DNA of 32,000 nucleotides. It comes from Planctomycetales bacterium (GTDB lineage Bacteria; 4484-113; JAFGCY01). Below, piece after piece: positions 22,721-32,000 of this stretch. A program made the position numbers and the translations under genes. A model generated the notes under the pieces. It had not been told where the DNA came from and did not search any database. It worked only from the letters and a program-made list of their open reading frames with translations. Location of the stretch: the NCBI GenBank assembly GCA_022646745.1, contig CP060262.1:2340001-2372000 (forward strand), given 5' to 3'. Within the stretch, counting starts at the first letter, position 1, and the number at the start of each line of letters is the position of its first letter.

Positions 22721-24376
22721 ATGCCCGCAAGATTGACTGCTGCATTGCTATTGACCATGCTGGCCTTGCTGGCTTCCTGCTCATCCTCAGGCTCACCGGC
22801 CCCACCTGCGCCCAAGCCTGAGTTTCCGACCCAGGACCTTCTGCCGCAGGTGAATGAACTGGATTCCCTGCATTCCACATCCAGCCTGAACCGCACGGTG
22901 ATCCTCGGCAAGGACACCTACGTACGCTCCAGCGGCTGCACCGAGCAGCCAGGCGGTGAACTGCTGATGGAGTCCGCGGCGGGCTCGGTCTGCTGGGCGA
23001 TCTGGCAGCTGCCGGACGAGCCGGAATTCCTTGACTCGGTGTTCTTCGACATCATTGACGCGCTGGGCGAGGGCGGCTACCTCGGCGTTGCCAACTTCAG
23101 CGAGGGGCGCTGGGACTTCAGCGGTCCCTATACTGACCAGACCACGCTTGAGTTTGCACCGGACTGGCAGGCATCACCGGGCGGCTTCCACTACTTCGCG
23201 GCCCTCGTGCATGACGGGGCTGCCATCGAGATGGCGCAGCTGCTGTGCTATTTCAACGATGGCTGGCAGGTGGTGGTTGTCTCGGCGATGCATGAGGCGG
23301 GTGTCAACTCTTCAATTGCCAACATCGACGGGCATCCCGCGATCGCCTACCGCCGCAATGAGGACGAGGCCCTGCGCTATGCATGGAGCTCAACGGAGAC
23401 GGGTGCGGAAGGTGATGACTGGACGGACATTTCCATTCCGGCCCTGTTTACGGCGGGGCTGTACTGCAGCCTGGCGGATGTCAACGGGCGCCCGGCGATC
23501 AGCTTCCGCGGCGAGACGGACAACTTTGGGTACGAACTGCACTACGCGATCAGCAACAACTCCAGCGGCAGTGCCTCCGGCAACTGGAATGTAATCGTGC
23601 TTGATCCGACGGAGGATGTCGGCTACCACACCAGCCTCGCCATGATCAATGGCCGCCCGGCAATTGCGTACAGCACACAGGCCGGGCAGGATCTGTTCTA
23701 CATGCGCAGTGCAAGCCTGTACGGCGATGCGCTGGAGGACTGGTCAGTGCCCGTGGAGGTGGACCATGATGGTGCCGGTGATCTCGGCGCTGACTGCAGC
23801 CTGGCGGAGGTGGATGGCCGTCCCGCCGTCAGCTACTTCGCCAATGGCACGCTGCGCTACAGCTGGAGCAGCACGGCATCAGGAGAGTCGGGTGCCGACT
23901 GGAACATCCGCGTGATTGACAACGAATCCGCCAGCAATGTCGGCTTCTACTCCAGCCTGGCGGTGATCAACGGCAAGCCCGCGATCAGCTACTACGACCA
24001 GCTGCATGCCGACCTCAAGTTCGCCTGGAGCAGCACCGCCGGAGGGCAGATTGCCGCTGACTGGAACACTATGGAAATCAGCGGCCCGCCGATCGCCGGC
24101 CAGTACAGCAACCTGGTGGAACTGGACGGGCAGCCGGCGGTCTGCTATTACACCGTTGGAGTGCTCAGGGACCTGTTGTTCGACCAGGCGGTCCCGGCGG
24201 CAATCCCTGAGGAATGGTCCTGGGGGCCCTACGTGACCGTGGATGGCAATGATGGCCTGATGCCGGCTGATGTCGGACGCAACTGCAGCATGGCGGTTGT
24301 CAACGGCCGGCCCGTGATCTCATACTATGACGCGACCAGTGAGAGCCTGAAGTACGCAGTGCGCGTGCTGCCCTAG
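22721..24376 (+). CDS. Lipoprotein, family A paralog 3: shared N-terminal module plus a very regular 7-bladed propeller
   Basis: AGGAG lies 7 nt before the ATG, and the leader carries the lipobox LLAS-C. The module motif is YLGVANFSEGRWDF. Seven clear repeats follow: IANIDGHPAIAYRR..LRYAWSS; LADVNGRPAISFRG..LHYAISN; LAMINGRPAIAYST..LFYMRSA; LAEVDGRPAVSYFA..LRYSWSS; LAVINGKPAISYYD..LKFAWSS; LVELDGQPAVCYYT; MAVVNGRPVISYYD..LKYAVRV. Confidence 0.87.
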   Translation: MPARLTAALLLTMLALLASCSSSGSPAPPAPKPEFPTQDLLPQVNELDSLHSTSSLNRTVILGKDTYVRSSGCTEQPGGELLMESAAGSVCWAIWQLPDEPEFLDSVFFDIIDALGEGGYLGVANFSEGRWDFSGPYTDQTTLEFAPDWQASPGGFHYFAALVHDGAAIEMAQLLCYFNDGWQVVVVSAMHEAGVNSSIANIDGHPAIAYRRNEDEALRYAWSSTETGAEGDDWTDISIPALFTAGLYCSLADVNGRPAISFRGETDNFGYELHYAISNNSSGSASGNWNVIVLDPTEDVGYHTSLAMINGRPAIAYSTQAGQDLFYMRSASLYGDALEDWSVPVEVDHDGAGDLGADCSLAEVDGRPAVSYFANGTLRYSWSSTASGESGADWNIRVIDNESASNVGFYSSLAVINGKPAISYYDQLHADLKFAWSSTAGGQIAADWNTMEISGPPIAGQYSNLVELDGQPAVCYYTVGVLRDLLFDQAVPAAIPEEWSWGPYVTVDGNDGLMPADVGRNCSMAVVNGRPVISYYDATSESLKYAVRVLP

Positions 24377-24768
24377 CAGCCTGGCCTGAGTGATTCAGGC
24401 GTACTGACCGGCATCACGAGGCGTTCGACGATCTCATTGCGTTCATTGAGCACCACCTTGCTCGGCATGTGCGTCATCGCTTCGCTGTGCTCCAGCTCGC
24501 AGAAGCTCATCACGATGATGCGCTCGCCGGCCTTGCCCTTGTGGGCGGCGGCGCCGTTCAGGATGATCTGCCCCGGCTCCTCCACCGGGATCACATAGGT
24601 CTCCAGCCGGTTGCCGTTGTTGAGGTTGGCAACGAGGATCTTCTCCCAGGGCAGCAGGCCGACGGCCTCCATCAGCTCCACGCTGACACCCATGCTGCCC
24701 TCGTACTCAACGTTGGCGTCGGTGATGCACGCGCGGTGCAGCTTGCTCTTGAGCATCGTCACTTTCAT
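24373..24768 (-). CDS. panD: Aspartate 1-decarboxylase proenzyme
   Basis: 131 aa. MLKSKLHRACITDANVEYEGSMGV contains the conserved Gly-Ser self-cleavage site, and ...ILNGAAAH.G..GERIIVMSF is typical PanD. The start overlaps the panC stop by 4 nt. Confidence 0.95.
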   Translation of the reverse strand: MKVTMLKSKLHRACITDANVEYEGSMGVSVELMEAVGLLPWEKILVANLNNGNRLETYVIPVEEPGQIILNGAAAHKGKAGERIIVMSFCELEHSEAMTHMPSKVVLNERNEIVERLVMPVSTPESLRPGC

Positions 24769-25670
24769 TTTCCTGTTCCTGTTGCCTGTCCGGCGGGGAT
24801 TGTCTCCTGCAGGGCGCGCTGTGTGCGCAGTTCCATGTTGTCAATCAGTCGCACGCCGCCGCAGCGTACAGCGGTGATGATCCTGTCCCGGTCCTGCAGC
24901 TCGCCCTCGCGGGGCTCAAGAGTCAGCGGGTCCACGATTGCCAGGTACTCGATCTCAAGGATGCCGTCCCGCTCCATGATGTCCCTCGACAGGCTGAGCA
25001 GGGAGGAGGGATCCGTGTTGCCTGTCATGCCTTCCACCAGCGCTGCCTGCAGCGCGCGGGAGATCTGCAGGGCGCTGGTCCGATCATCTGTTCCCAGGCG
25101 GCTGTTGCGGCTGCTCATCGCCAGGCCTTCGCTCTCCCGCACCGTCGGGCAGCCGATCACCGCCACCGGCAGGTTGAGGTCGGCCGTCATGCGCCTGACC
25201 ACCGCCAGCTGCTGGAAGTCCTTCTCGCCGAAGTAGGCCCGGTCCGGCATCGCCATCCCGAACAGCTTGGCAACCACTGTGGCCACGCCGTCGAAGTGGC
25301 CGGGGCGGAACTCACCTTCCCAGCGCTCCGTCAGCCCGCTGACATGCACGCTGCTTGCAAAGCCCTGCGGATAGACCTCGGCAGGGGATGGAGCGAACAC
25401 TATGTCAACGCCATTGCGCTCGCACAGTGCCGCATCCGCCTCCAGCGTGCGCGGGTAGTTGTCAAGGTCGCTCTGCTCATTGAACTGCGTCGGGTTGACG
25501 AAGATACTGACAACCAGCACATTGCATTCTTCCCCAGCGCGATGCACGAGTGACATGTGTCCCTGATGCAGGGCACCCATCGTCGGCACCAGCCCGACCG
25601 GACCGCCGCGCTCACGCATCAGCACCCCGGTCTGCCGCCGCAGCTCGTCAATTGTGGTGACGATCAGCAT
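24765..25670 (-). CDS. panC: Pantoate--beta-alanine ligase
   Basis: 301 aa. GLVPTMGALHQGHMSLV (the HxGH-type motif), VVSIFVNPTQF and GHFDGVATVVAKLF are canonical PanC blocks. Confidence 0.96.
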   Translation of the reverse strand: MLIVTTIDELRRQTGVLMRERGGPVGLVPTMGALHQGHMSLVHRAGEECNVLVVSIFVNPTQFNEQSDLDNYPRTLEADAALCERNGVDIVFAPSPAEVYPQGFASSVHVSGLTERWEGEFRPGHFDGVATVVAKLFGMAMPDRAYFGEKDFQQLAVVRRMTADLNLPVAVIGCPTVRESEGLAMSSRNSRLGTDDRTSALQISRALQAALVEGMTGNTDPSSLLSLSRDIMERDGILEIEYLAIVDPLTLEPREGELQDRDRIITAVRCGGVRLIDNMELRTQRALQETIPAGQATGTGK

Positions 25671-25671
25671 C

Positions 25672-26541
25672 TCAGCTTCTCAGGTAGGCCGGCCGGTCCG
25701 GAGTGTGTTCCGCCGGCAGCACTTCCTTCTGTTCCGGCACAGCGTTGTCAGTCCCAAGCTCGGGGAACTCCCGGCTGCCGACTTCATCGCGGTACTGCTT
25801 CACTGCTTCGATCGCGGTGCCGTACAGTTCCGCGTAGCGCTTGGCGAAGCTCGGGGCCTTGCCTGGCAGCATCCCGAGGATGTCATGCACCACGATGATC
25901 TGGCCGCTGGTCACATTGCCACAGCCGATGCCGATCGTCGGGATCTTCAGTTCGCGTTTGATCATTTCCGCGGCTTCCGGCACCACGCATTCGAGGATCA
26001 CGGCAAACGCACCGGCTTCCTGCATCGCCTTCGCCTGGCGCAGCAGTTCCTTCGCCGCCTTCTCGGTCTTGCCCTGCATGCGGTAGCCGCCCTCGCTGTT
26101 CACCTGCTGGGGCAGCAGGCCGAGGTGTGCCAGCACGGGCACGCCCATTTCTGTGAGGATGCGCGTCGCCTCAATATTGCTTTCGTTGGCCCCTTCGAAC
26201 TTCACCGCCCCACAGCCGCTCTCCTTGAAGGCCCGCACGCAGTTGCGTACGGTCTCCTGCGTGTCAGCCTTGAAGCTGCCGAAGGGCATGTCGATCACCA
26301 CACGCTGGGCCGGGAAGTGCCGGGCCACGATGCGGGTGTGGTAGATCATCTCGTCCAGCGACACGGGCACGGTGGTGCCATGCCCCTGCATCACGTTCGA
26401 CAGGCTGTCGCCAACCAGCACGAAGTCCATCTCCGCTTCAGCGGCAAGCAGCGCCGTGAAGTAGTCGTAGGCTGTGATGGAGTGGATGGGCTGGCCATCG
26501 CGGTACTTGCGGCGCAGGCGCGCCACGAGGAAATCAGACAT
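25672..26541 (-). CDS. panB: 3-methyl-2-oxobutanoate hydroxymethyltransferase
   Basis: 289 aa. ITAYDYFTA, LVGDSLSNVMQGHGTTVPVSLDEMIYHT, AVKFEG and HLGLLPQ are canonical PanB blocks. It lies directly upstream of panC. Confidence 0.96.
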   Translation of the reverse strand: MSDFLVARLRRKYRDGQPIHSITAYDYFTALLAAEAEMDFVLVGDSLSNVMQGHGTTVPVSLDEMIYHTRIVARHFPAQRVVIDMPFGSFKADTQETVRNCVRAFKESGCGAVKFEGANESNIEATRILTEMGVPVLAHLGLLPQQVNSEGGYRMQGKTEKAAKELLRQAKAMQEAGAFAVILECVVPEAAEMIKRELKIPTIGIGCGNVTSGQIIVVHDILGMLPGKAPSFAKRYAELYGTAIEAVKQYRDEVGSREFPELGTDNAVPEQKEVLPAEHTPDRPAYLRS

Positions 26542-26792
26542 TTCACACTCCTGACTACAGGCCTCCTTGGAGGTCCCGCTTCACTCATGTGAGTCTCGCA
26601 ACTCGGTGAGCACTCAATTCAATGGTGTCCCGGTCCTGTGGCAGGCTCCGGGCACCACGGGATTATACCAGTCCAGTGTCATTAATATCCTCGCCGGAAG
26701 TGTCCCTCGACAATCCCTTTCCTGCGGTGTTAAGATCTGGTAAACCCGCAATATTCTGTTTTTCACCATGAAGTAAATCCGGAAGGTGCCAG

Positions 26793-29700
26793 ATGTTGAA
26801 GCACTTTCTTCCTGCTGAACGCCTTGGCAGAATCAGCACTGTCCTGCTGCTGACCGGCTTGCTGTCCGGATGCGGCCCCCAGGGAAGCGCGGATAGCCCT
26901 GCCAGCCTGCCGGAAGTGACGGCTCCTGCTGCAGGTCTAAAGCCTGCCGCAACCGGCCGGTCCGTCAAGCTGGTATCTCTTCCCCCGCGGATCACACCCG
27001 CAGCCGACCTTGCTGCACTGCGGGCCGAGGCCGAGGCCCTGCCTGTACCTGCCGGGGTTGACCCCCAGCTGTTCGGCGAGTTGCGCGAGGCAATGCTGGC
27101 TGCCGTTGGGCAGGACGCCGCCCGCAGCGTTTCAAAGCTGCCGAGCGGGGAGGGCAACCTCGTCAGCGACCTGCACCTCGAGGAGCAGGGCAGTAGAGGC
27201 ACCCTCGGCTGGACATATGTGAACATCGGGGACTACGACCTCAATGGCGAGGTCGGCATCTCGGACATCACGCCGATCGGCATCCACTTCAACAAGTCTG
27301 AGGCCTCCAGCGACTGGGACAGCGCGCGAGTGGCGGACGGCGATGGCAACGGCCTCGTCAGCATCTCCGACATCACTCCGCTCGGCGTGCACTTCGGTGC
27401 CTCCGTGCAGGGCTACAACATCTACGGCCGGCTGTCCGGCGGCAGTGGCTACAGCCTGCTTGGCAGCGTGCCCGTGGCCAGTGGCAGCGGCACACCGAAG
27501 CAACTGCAGTTCCCGCTGGCGAGCATTGACTACGACATCTACATGGTTGCGCCCTACGATTCCTTCGGTGAGGACATGCCGCAGCAGGAACTGCTGAACC
27601 CGATGGCGCTGCCGCTGGACCCGGCCGTCGTGCAGGTCGACTCATTCGACGATGACGGTGTGCTGCTTTCCGGCGATGTTGGCAACATCGAGGTCGGCAG
27701 CGTGATCGTCAGCACGGAGGGCCGTGGCCTGCTGCGCCGAGTGGAGGGCATCACACCAGTCGCCGGCGGGGCACAGCTGGCAACCAGCCAGGCAACGCTT
27801 GAGGACCTGTTCGACTATGTCAGCTTCGGCGACCAGCTGCAGTTCAGCTTCGATGACGTTGAATCATTCGAGCCCGAGATCGAGGGACTGACTTTCGAGG
27901 AGGACGACTCCGGCGCCGGGACATCCTCCGCCCGCTCCGGCAGCGCCAGCACAGGGATCATCAAGCTGTCGGTGTCCTACAAGCCGCATGACAACCTGCT
28001 GCTCAATGGCACGATCAGCATGGATGCCGGTGCGGACCTTGCCGTCGACATCGGCACGGGCTGGTCCGACTTCGGCCAGCTCAATACCTTCGAGTTCAAT
28101 GCATGGGCCGACGGCAAGATATCCGGCACGGTCAAGGCCCTGCGGGAATTCAAGCTGGCGGAGGGCAAGCTGAAGCTCGGCACCCTGCATCTGGCACCGG
28201 TCTGGATGCCTGCCGGACCGATCCCGGTCGTTGTCACTCCCGAGATCCAGGTCTGGCTGAAGTTCACCGGCAAGGGCGACGTGGCGATCCAGGCCACCAC
28301 CTCCGGCACCGCCCATGTCAGTGTGGCAACGAAGTATGACCGTTTGCGCAGCTGGTCAGCGGACTTTGACAGCGACCTGCAGTGGGGCGAATCACCGGCG
28401 CCGGTGCTATCCGGCACGATCACGGGTGAATTCAGCATCTTCGGCCCGGAGATGGACCTGTTCATCTACGGTGTGATCGGGCCATACCTGCACCTCGAGC
28501 TGCCCTATGCCAGCGTGTCAGCAAGCATCAATGACAAGTTCATCCCGCCGGACAGCTTCGACTACAGCCTGACCATCGGCGCCAGCTTCGGCGCACGCGG
28601 TTCAGTCGGGGTTGAAGTCGCAGCGCTCAGCGGCACGATTGCCCGCTTCGACACCGGAAACATCCTCAACGTCAGCAAGCCGCTCTACAGTGCGACCTAT
28701 CCCCTGAGCGGTGCAAGTGTAAGTGGCAAGGTGCTCAGCGCTGTCCCGTACCTCACGGATGGCAACCAGGACCTCGGTGAGGACGAATACATCCTGCTGG
28801 ACTGGGTACCCGAGGCGCTCGTGGAATTCATGCAGGGCGGCAAGGTCGTTGCCAGCTGCCTGCACCAGAACAACAGTCCCAGCCTCAGGTACAGCTCCTA
28901 TTCACGCTTCCTCGCCCCCGGCACTTACCAGATAAGGGCCACGGCGGAGGGCTACTTGGAGGGCAAGGGCGAAGTCATAGTCACGGACAAGGTAGCGGCT
29001 TACAGCCAGAACATCTATGTCTATCCGCATGCGGATTCCGAATCCGTTGACATTTCCATCAGCAGCCCGGCCGCTGGACAGGTGATCCATGAACCGATGC
29101 TGGTGCTGGAAGGCGTGGCCACAGCTGGTGAGAAGCCCTTCGACGGACTGCTGCTGGACTTCCTGCCCGATAAAGCGGGAGGACTCTACGATGGTACGGG
29201 CAACTTCGGAGTTGGTGCGATCGAGCCGAATCCAGATGGCTCATTTGCGATTCCTGTGAAGCTGGATTCAGACGTGCAAAGCCTGCTGGTCGTGCCTTAC
29301 TACGAATTCTTTTTCGGACCGGGTGACTCACAGTCCCTGCTGGTTCCATTAAAGACCAACCTGCCGGACGGTTTCCCGCTTGATTGCGATTTTGAACCTG
29401 CTGCAATGCTGGGTGTACTTTCATGGAAACTCGACGCCGTCTACTCAGATGGCACGCAGGAGCCTGACATCCCGGGCGTGCCCAATGAGGATTTCCGCCT
29501 TGTGGTTATCGAGCCCGGGCATGCGCTAGTGGCTGGCCAGGAACAGGACGGACTGGGCTATATCAGGCAGGTTCCGGGGAGCTGGCACTGGTATTACTAC
29601 CTGCCGCAGTCAGCAGCCCAGAGTGGGGACATCATTTATCCCAAGGTGCACCTGCTTAGCTCTACACACGATGGAGGCCCGTTCAGTTACTCGGCGTATT

Positions 29701-29849
29701 TTCAGGTAAGTTTCTATTCTGAGGTATACACCTCATTGGATCATTACTTTGCAAGTGGCTCGCTCAAGAATGCTCAAGGGATAACGCCGATAGACCCATT
29801 TGGTACCGGATTCGACTGGTTATCGACACTGGGGCTGACTATCCCCTGA
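26793..29849 (+). CDS. Large (1018 aa) lipoprotein with the family B dockerin-like module, otherwise uncharacterised
   Basis: GGAAGGTG precedes the ATG, and the leader carries the lipobox LLSG-C. The Ca-loops are GDYDLNGEVGISDITPIGIHF and DGDGNGLVSISDITPLGVHFG, followed by VQGYNIYGR as in family B. A carboxypeptidase-regulatory-like stretch (ASVSGKVL...GTYQIRATAEGYLEGKGEVIV) is present. The remaining ~600 aa are beta-rich with no motif I recognise. Confidence 0.85.
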   Translation: MLKHFLPAERLGRISTVLLLTGLLSGCGPQGSADSPASLPEVTAPAAGLKPAATGRSVKLVSLPPRITPAADLAALRAEAEALPVPAGVDPQLFGELREAMLAAVGQDAARSVSKLPSGEGNLVSDLHLEEQGSRGTLGWTYVNIGDYDLNGEVGISDITPIGIHFNKSEASSDWDSARVADGDGNGLVSISDITPLGVHFGASVQGYNIYGRLSGGSGYSLLGSVPVASGSGTPKQLQFPLASIDYDIYMVAPYDSFGEDMPQQELLNPMALPLDPAVVQVDSFDDDGVLLSGDVGNIEVGSVIVSTEGRGLLRRVEGITPVAGGAQLATSQATLEDLFDYVSFGDQLQFSFDDVESFEPEIEGLTFEEDDSGAGTSSARSGSASTGIIKLSVSYKPHDNLLLNGTISMDAGADLAVDIGTGWSDFGQLNTFEFNAWADGKISGTVKALREFKLAEGKLKLGTLHLAPVWMPAGPIPVVVTPEIQVWLKFTGKGDVAIQATTSGTAHVSVATKYDRLRSWSADFDSDLQWGESPAPVLSGTITGEFSIFGPEMDLFIYGVIGPYLHLELPYASVSASINDKFIPPDSFDYSLTIGASFGARGSVGVEVAALSGTIARFDTGNILNVSKPLYSATYPLSGASVSGKVLSAVPYLTDGNQDLGEDEYILLDWVPEALVEFMQGGKVVASCLHQNNSPSLRYSSYSRFLAPGTYQIRATAEGYLEGKGEVIVTDKVAAYSQNIYVYPHADSESVDISISSPAAGQVIHEPMLVLEGVATAGEKPFDGLLLDFLPDKAGGLYDGTGNFGVGAIEPNPDGSFAIPVKLDSDVQSLLVVPYYEFFFGPGDSQSLLVPLKTNLPDGFPLDCDFEPAAMLGVLSWKLDAVYSDGTQEPDIPGVPNEDFRLVVIEPGHALVAGQEQDGLGYIRQVPGSWHWYYYLPQSAAQSGDIIYPKVHLLSSTHDGGPFSYSAYFQVSFYSEVYTSLDHYFASGSLKNAQGITPIDPFGTGFDWLSTLGLTIP

Positions 29850-29925
29850 TTCCATGTAGCGGGCTTCCCGCACCCGACTTGCAGCGCACTGTATAATTGG
29901 GCGAACTTTCCTCTTCGGAAACCCC

Positions 29926-31005
29926 ATGTACAACGAACGCAACCAAAAGCTCTGCGCCGGATTCGAGGCGGCGGGTATCGATGCACTGCTCGTGACATCC
30001 CTGCCCAACATCATGTACCTCACCGGCTTCACCGGCTCCACGGCGATGATCCTCGTCACGCCGACCAAGCGCTGGTTCATCACGGACTTCCGCTACCACA
30101 CCCAGGTCGCGCAGCAGGTGGACCCCAGCTTTGAGCTGGTGGACAACACAGCCAAGAACCTTATCAAGGTCGTGCTGCCCTCCATCCCGGGGGCGGATGG
30201 CCTGAAGCGCATCGGCTTTGAGTCAACCAACGTGTCTTATGACATGTGGAAGATGCTCAGTGCTGATGAAAACCACGAGTGGGTGCCGACCAAGGCAATG
30301 GTTGAGTACCTGCGCGAGGTCAAGAGCGAGGCAGAGATCGAGCTTTTGCGCAATGCGGTGCTGCTAAACGAAGTGGTCTGGCAGGAAGTGCTCGGCACCC
30401 TCAACGAGAACACCACCGAGGCTGACCTCGTGGCCGAGATCGAGTACCGTGCCCGCAAGCGCGGTGCTACGAAAACCAGCTTCGACCCGATCGTGGCTTC
30501 AGGCGCAAATTCCAGCAAGCCGCATGCACGCTTCACGCAGGATCGCATCGTGCCCGGCACGCCGCTGACCTTCGATATGGGCATGCTGCTCAATGGCTAC
30601 TGCTCGGACATGACCCGTACGGTGTTCTTCCGTGACTGCCCGCCACTGTGGGAAAAGATCTACGGCATCGTGAAGCTGGCCAAGGACAGCGCAAATGCGG
30701 CCGTGAAACCGGGCAAGCTCGGCAAGGAGATCGACGCGGTGGCCCGCCAGGTGATCATCGATGCCGGCTACGGCGACAAGTTCGGCCATGGCCTCGGGCA
30801 TGGAGTCGGACTGGAGGTGCACGAGGGCCCGCGCCTGGCGCAGGTGGCCGAGATGCAGCTCAGGGTCGGTAACATCCTCACCAACGAACCGGGCATCTAC
30901 CTGCCCGGCGAGGGTGGGATCCGCATTGAAGATATGTTTGTCGTAAGGGCCGACGGCCCCGAAAATCTCAATACGCTCAGTACGGACCTGCAGGTGGTCG
31001 GCTAG
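29926..31005 (+). CDS. M24-family Xaa-Pro aminopeptidase/dipeptidase
   Basis: 359 aa with a creatinase-like N-domain followed by a pita-bread domain. Metal-ligand blocks are FDMGMLLNGYCSDMTRT, HGLGHGVGLEVHEGP and NEPGIYLPGEGGIRIED. Confidence 0.93.
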   Translation: MYNERNQKLCAGFEAAGIDALLVTSLPNIMYLTGFTGSTAMILVTPTKRWFITDFRYHTQVAQQVDPSFELVDNTAKNLIKVVLPSIPGADGLKRIGFESTNVSYDMWKMLSADENHEWVPTKAMVEYLREVKSEAEIELLRNAVLLNEVVWQEVLGTLNENTTEADLVAEIEYRARKRGATKTSFDPIVASGANSSKPHARFTQDRIVPGTPLTFDMGMLLNGYCSDMTRTVFFRDCPPLWEKIYGIVKLAKDSANAAVKPGKLGKEIDAVARQVIIDAGYGDKFGHGLGHGVGLEVHEGPRLAQVAEMQLRVGNILTNEPGIYLPGEGGIRIEDMFVVRADGPENLNTLSTDLQVVG

Positions 31006-31055
31006 GTCGCTACCTTTCAGCAGTACTACATAGGTATAGGAACAAGGAGACAGCA

Positions 31056-31622
31056 GTGTCTATAACACCGAATGATTTCCGCAACGGGATCATCTTCGAG
31101 CAGGATGGAAAGCTCATCCAGGTCGTGGAATTCCAGCACGTCAAGCCCGGCAAGGGGCCGGCCTTCGTGCGCTGCAAGCTGCGCAACCTGATGACAGGCG
31201 CTCTCTACGAGGACAAGATCCGCCCGAACGTGAAGCTGGAGGAGGTCCGCGTTGAGAAGAAGGTCTACGACTACCTCTACTCAGAAGGCGAGGACATGGT
31301 GCTGATGGACAAGGAGACCTATGACCAGGTCCACGTCCCGACCGAGATGCTCGGCAAGCAGGCTGAACTGCTGCTGGAAAACGAGGAACTGACCGTCGCA
31401 ATGCACGGTGAAAACCCTCTTTCAGTGGAAATGCCGCTTACGGTGGTCCGCCAGATCACTTTCTGTGAGCCTGGAGTGAAGGGAGATACCGCCACGAACG
31501 CCACCAAGGCGGCCACCGTGGAGGGTGGGGCGACAGTCCAGGTACCGCTGTTTATCAACGAAGGCGAGCGGATCAGGGTGAACACCGCGGATTTCAAGTA
31601 TGTGGAAAGGGCCAAAGATTAG
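31056..31622 (+). CDS. efp: Translation elongation factor P
   Basis: GTG start preceded by AAGGAGA. 188 aa. The blocks FQHVKPGKGPAFVRCKLRNLMTG and EPGVKGDTA..ATK.ATVEGGATVQVPLFI are canonical EF-P. The peptidase-efp gene order is common in bacteria. Confidence 0.97.
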   Translation: MSITPNDFRNGIIFEQDGKLIQVVEFQHVKPGKGPAFVRCKLRNLMTGALYEDKIRPNVKLEEVRVEKKVYDYLYSEGEDMVLMDKETYDQVHVPTEMLGKQAELLLENEELTVAMHGENPLSVEMPLTVVRQITFCEPGVKGDTATNATKAATVEGGATVQVPLFINEGERIRVNTADFKYVERAKD

Positions 31623-31667
31623 TACTAACACTTGAATAGAATCCGTGAATGGTTCATAATTACCGGA

Positions 31668-31692
31668 TTAAACCCGCCTCGTGTGGGTTTAA
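31668..31692 (+). terminator. Hairpin downstream of efp, terminator-like with a weak U-tract
   Basis: TTAAACCC (31668-75) pairs with GGGTTTAA (31685-92) around a 9-nt loop. The hairpin is followed by GTGTTGATG, so the U-tract is poor. Confidence 0.35.
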
Positions 31693-31768
31693 GTGTTGAT
31701 GATGGGTAAGATAAAGCGTACTACGGTTTGCTTTGGGGCAAATTGCTGACATAGTCAGGAGGCTAAGG

Positions 31769-32000
31769 ATGAATTCTAGTTCAACTAGAATATGGGCAGT
31801 TCTGCTGCTCAGCTTCGTCGCGTTCATCGCAAGTTGCGGTGGAGGCGGCACCACTACACCGAACGTCGGAAGTGCATTCAGCCTGTTCGTGCAGGCCAGC
31901 ACTGACGTCGGCCCGGCACCGCTTGCGGTGACCTTCGATGTGGTGCCTTCAGGGGGTGTGGCTCCCTATACGTACGCCTGGGACTTCGATGATGACGGCG
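31769..32000 (+). CDS. Lipoprotein with a PKD-like domain, 5' part, running off the right edge
   Basis: AGGAGG (31757-62) precedes the ATG at 31769. Hand translation gives MNSSSTRIWAVLLLSFVAFIAS-CGGGGTTTPNVGSAFSLFVQASTDVGPAPLAVTFDVVPSGGVAPYTYAWDFDDDG. This has the lipobox IAS-C and the start of a PKD signature (PL.V.F......Y.WDFGDG-like). It is absent from the ORF track because there is no stop within the window. Confidence 0.75.
   Translation, partial: MNSSSTRIWAVLLLSFVAFIASCGGGGTTTPNVGSAFSLFVQASTDVGPAPLAVTFDVVPSGGVAPYTYAWDFDDDG

Noticed and set aside
26542-26792. A riboswitch or leader element in the 251-nt divergent region between panB and the 1018-aa lipoprotein gene
   Set aside because: Only an imperfect hairpin (GGTGTCCCGG...CCGGGCACC) was seen. 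I recognise no known riboswitch consensus, and none is established for pantothenate operons.
29870-29888. A TTGCAG / TATAAT pair upstream of the M24 peptidase gene as a promoter
   Set aside because: The spacer between the hexamers is only 7 nt, incompatible with a sigma70-type promoter. TATAAT alone (29883-29888) is insufficient evidence.

Overview
GC-rich bacterial chromosomal segment; I found no rRNA, tRNA, CRISPR array, transposase or integrase. Confident housekeeping genes are gatB, a panB-panC-panD operon, an M24 Xaa-Pro peptidase followed by efp, a COG0402-type amidohydrolase, a di-haem cytochrome c peroxidase, a gamma-carbonic-anhydrase-like protein and three tandem beta-carbonic anhydrases. 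Around them lies an unusually dense set of nine predicted lipoproteins in paralogous families. Four share an N-terminal module of about 130 aa, followed by 7-bladed propeller or PKD/propeller repeats. Three share an atypical dockerin-like double Ca-loop module, and two of those also share a C-terminal domain. The strongest single observation is that two adjacent minus-strand ORFs (21852-22352 and 22365-22670) are one gene interrupted by an in-frame TGA. The TGA sits at the catalytic position of a thioredoxin-fold, deiodinase-like protein (FGSVT-U-PYC) and has a hairpin at the expected bacterial SECIS distance, so this is a probable selenoprotein that ORF callers split. Two duplication scars are visible. 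One is a decayed copy of the 3' part of gene 6018-6683, left between two paralogous lipoprotein genes. The other is a decayed copy of the last ~23 codons of the gamma-CA gene, lying beyond a visibly lower-GC segment of about 0.9 kb that carries one membrane-protein paralog. I recognise no defence, toxin or secretion-machine genes. The proposal that the lipoprotein and dockerin-like families act together is inference only.
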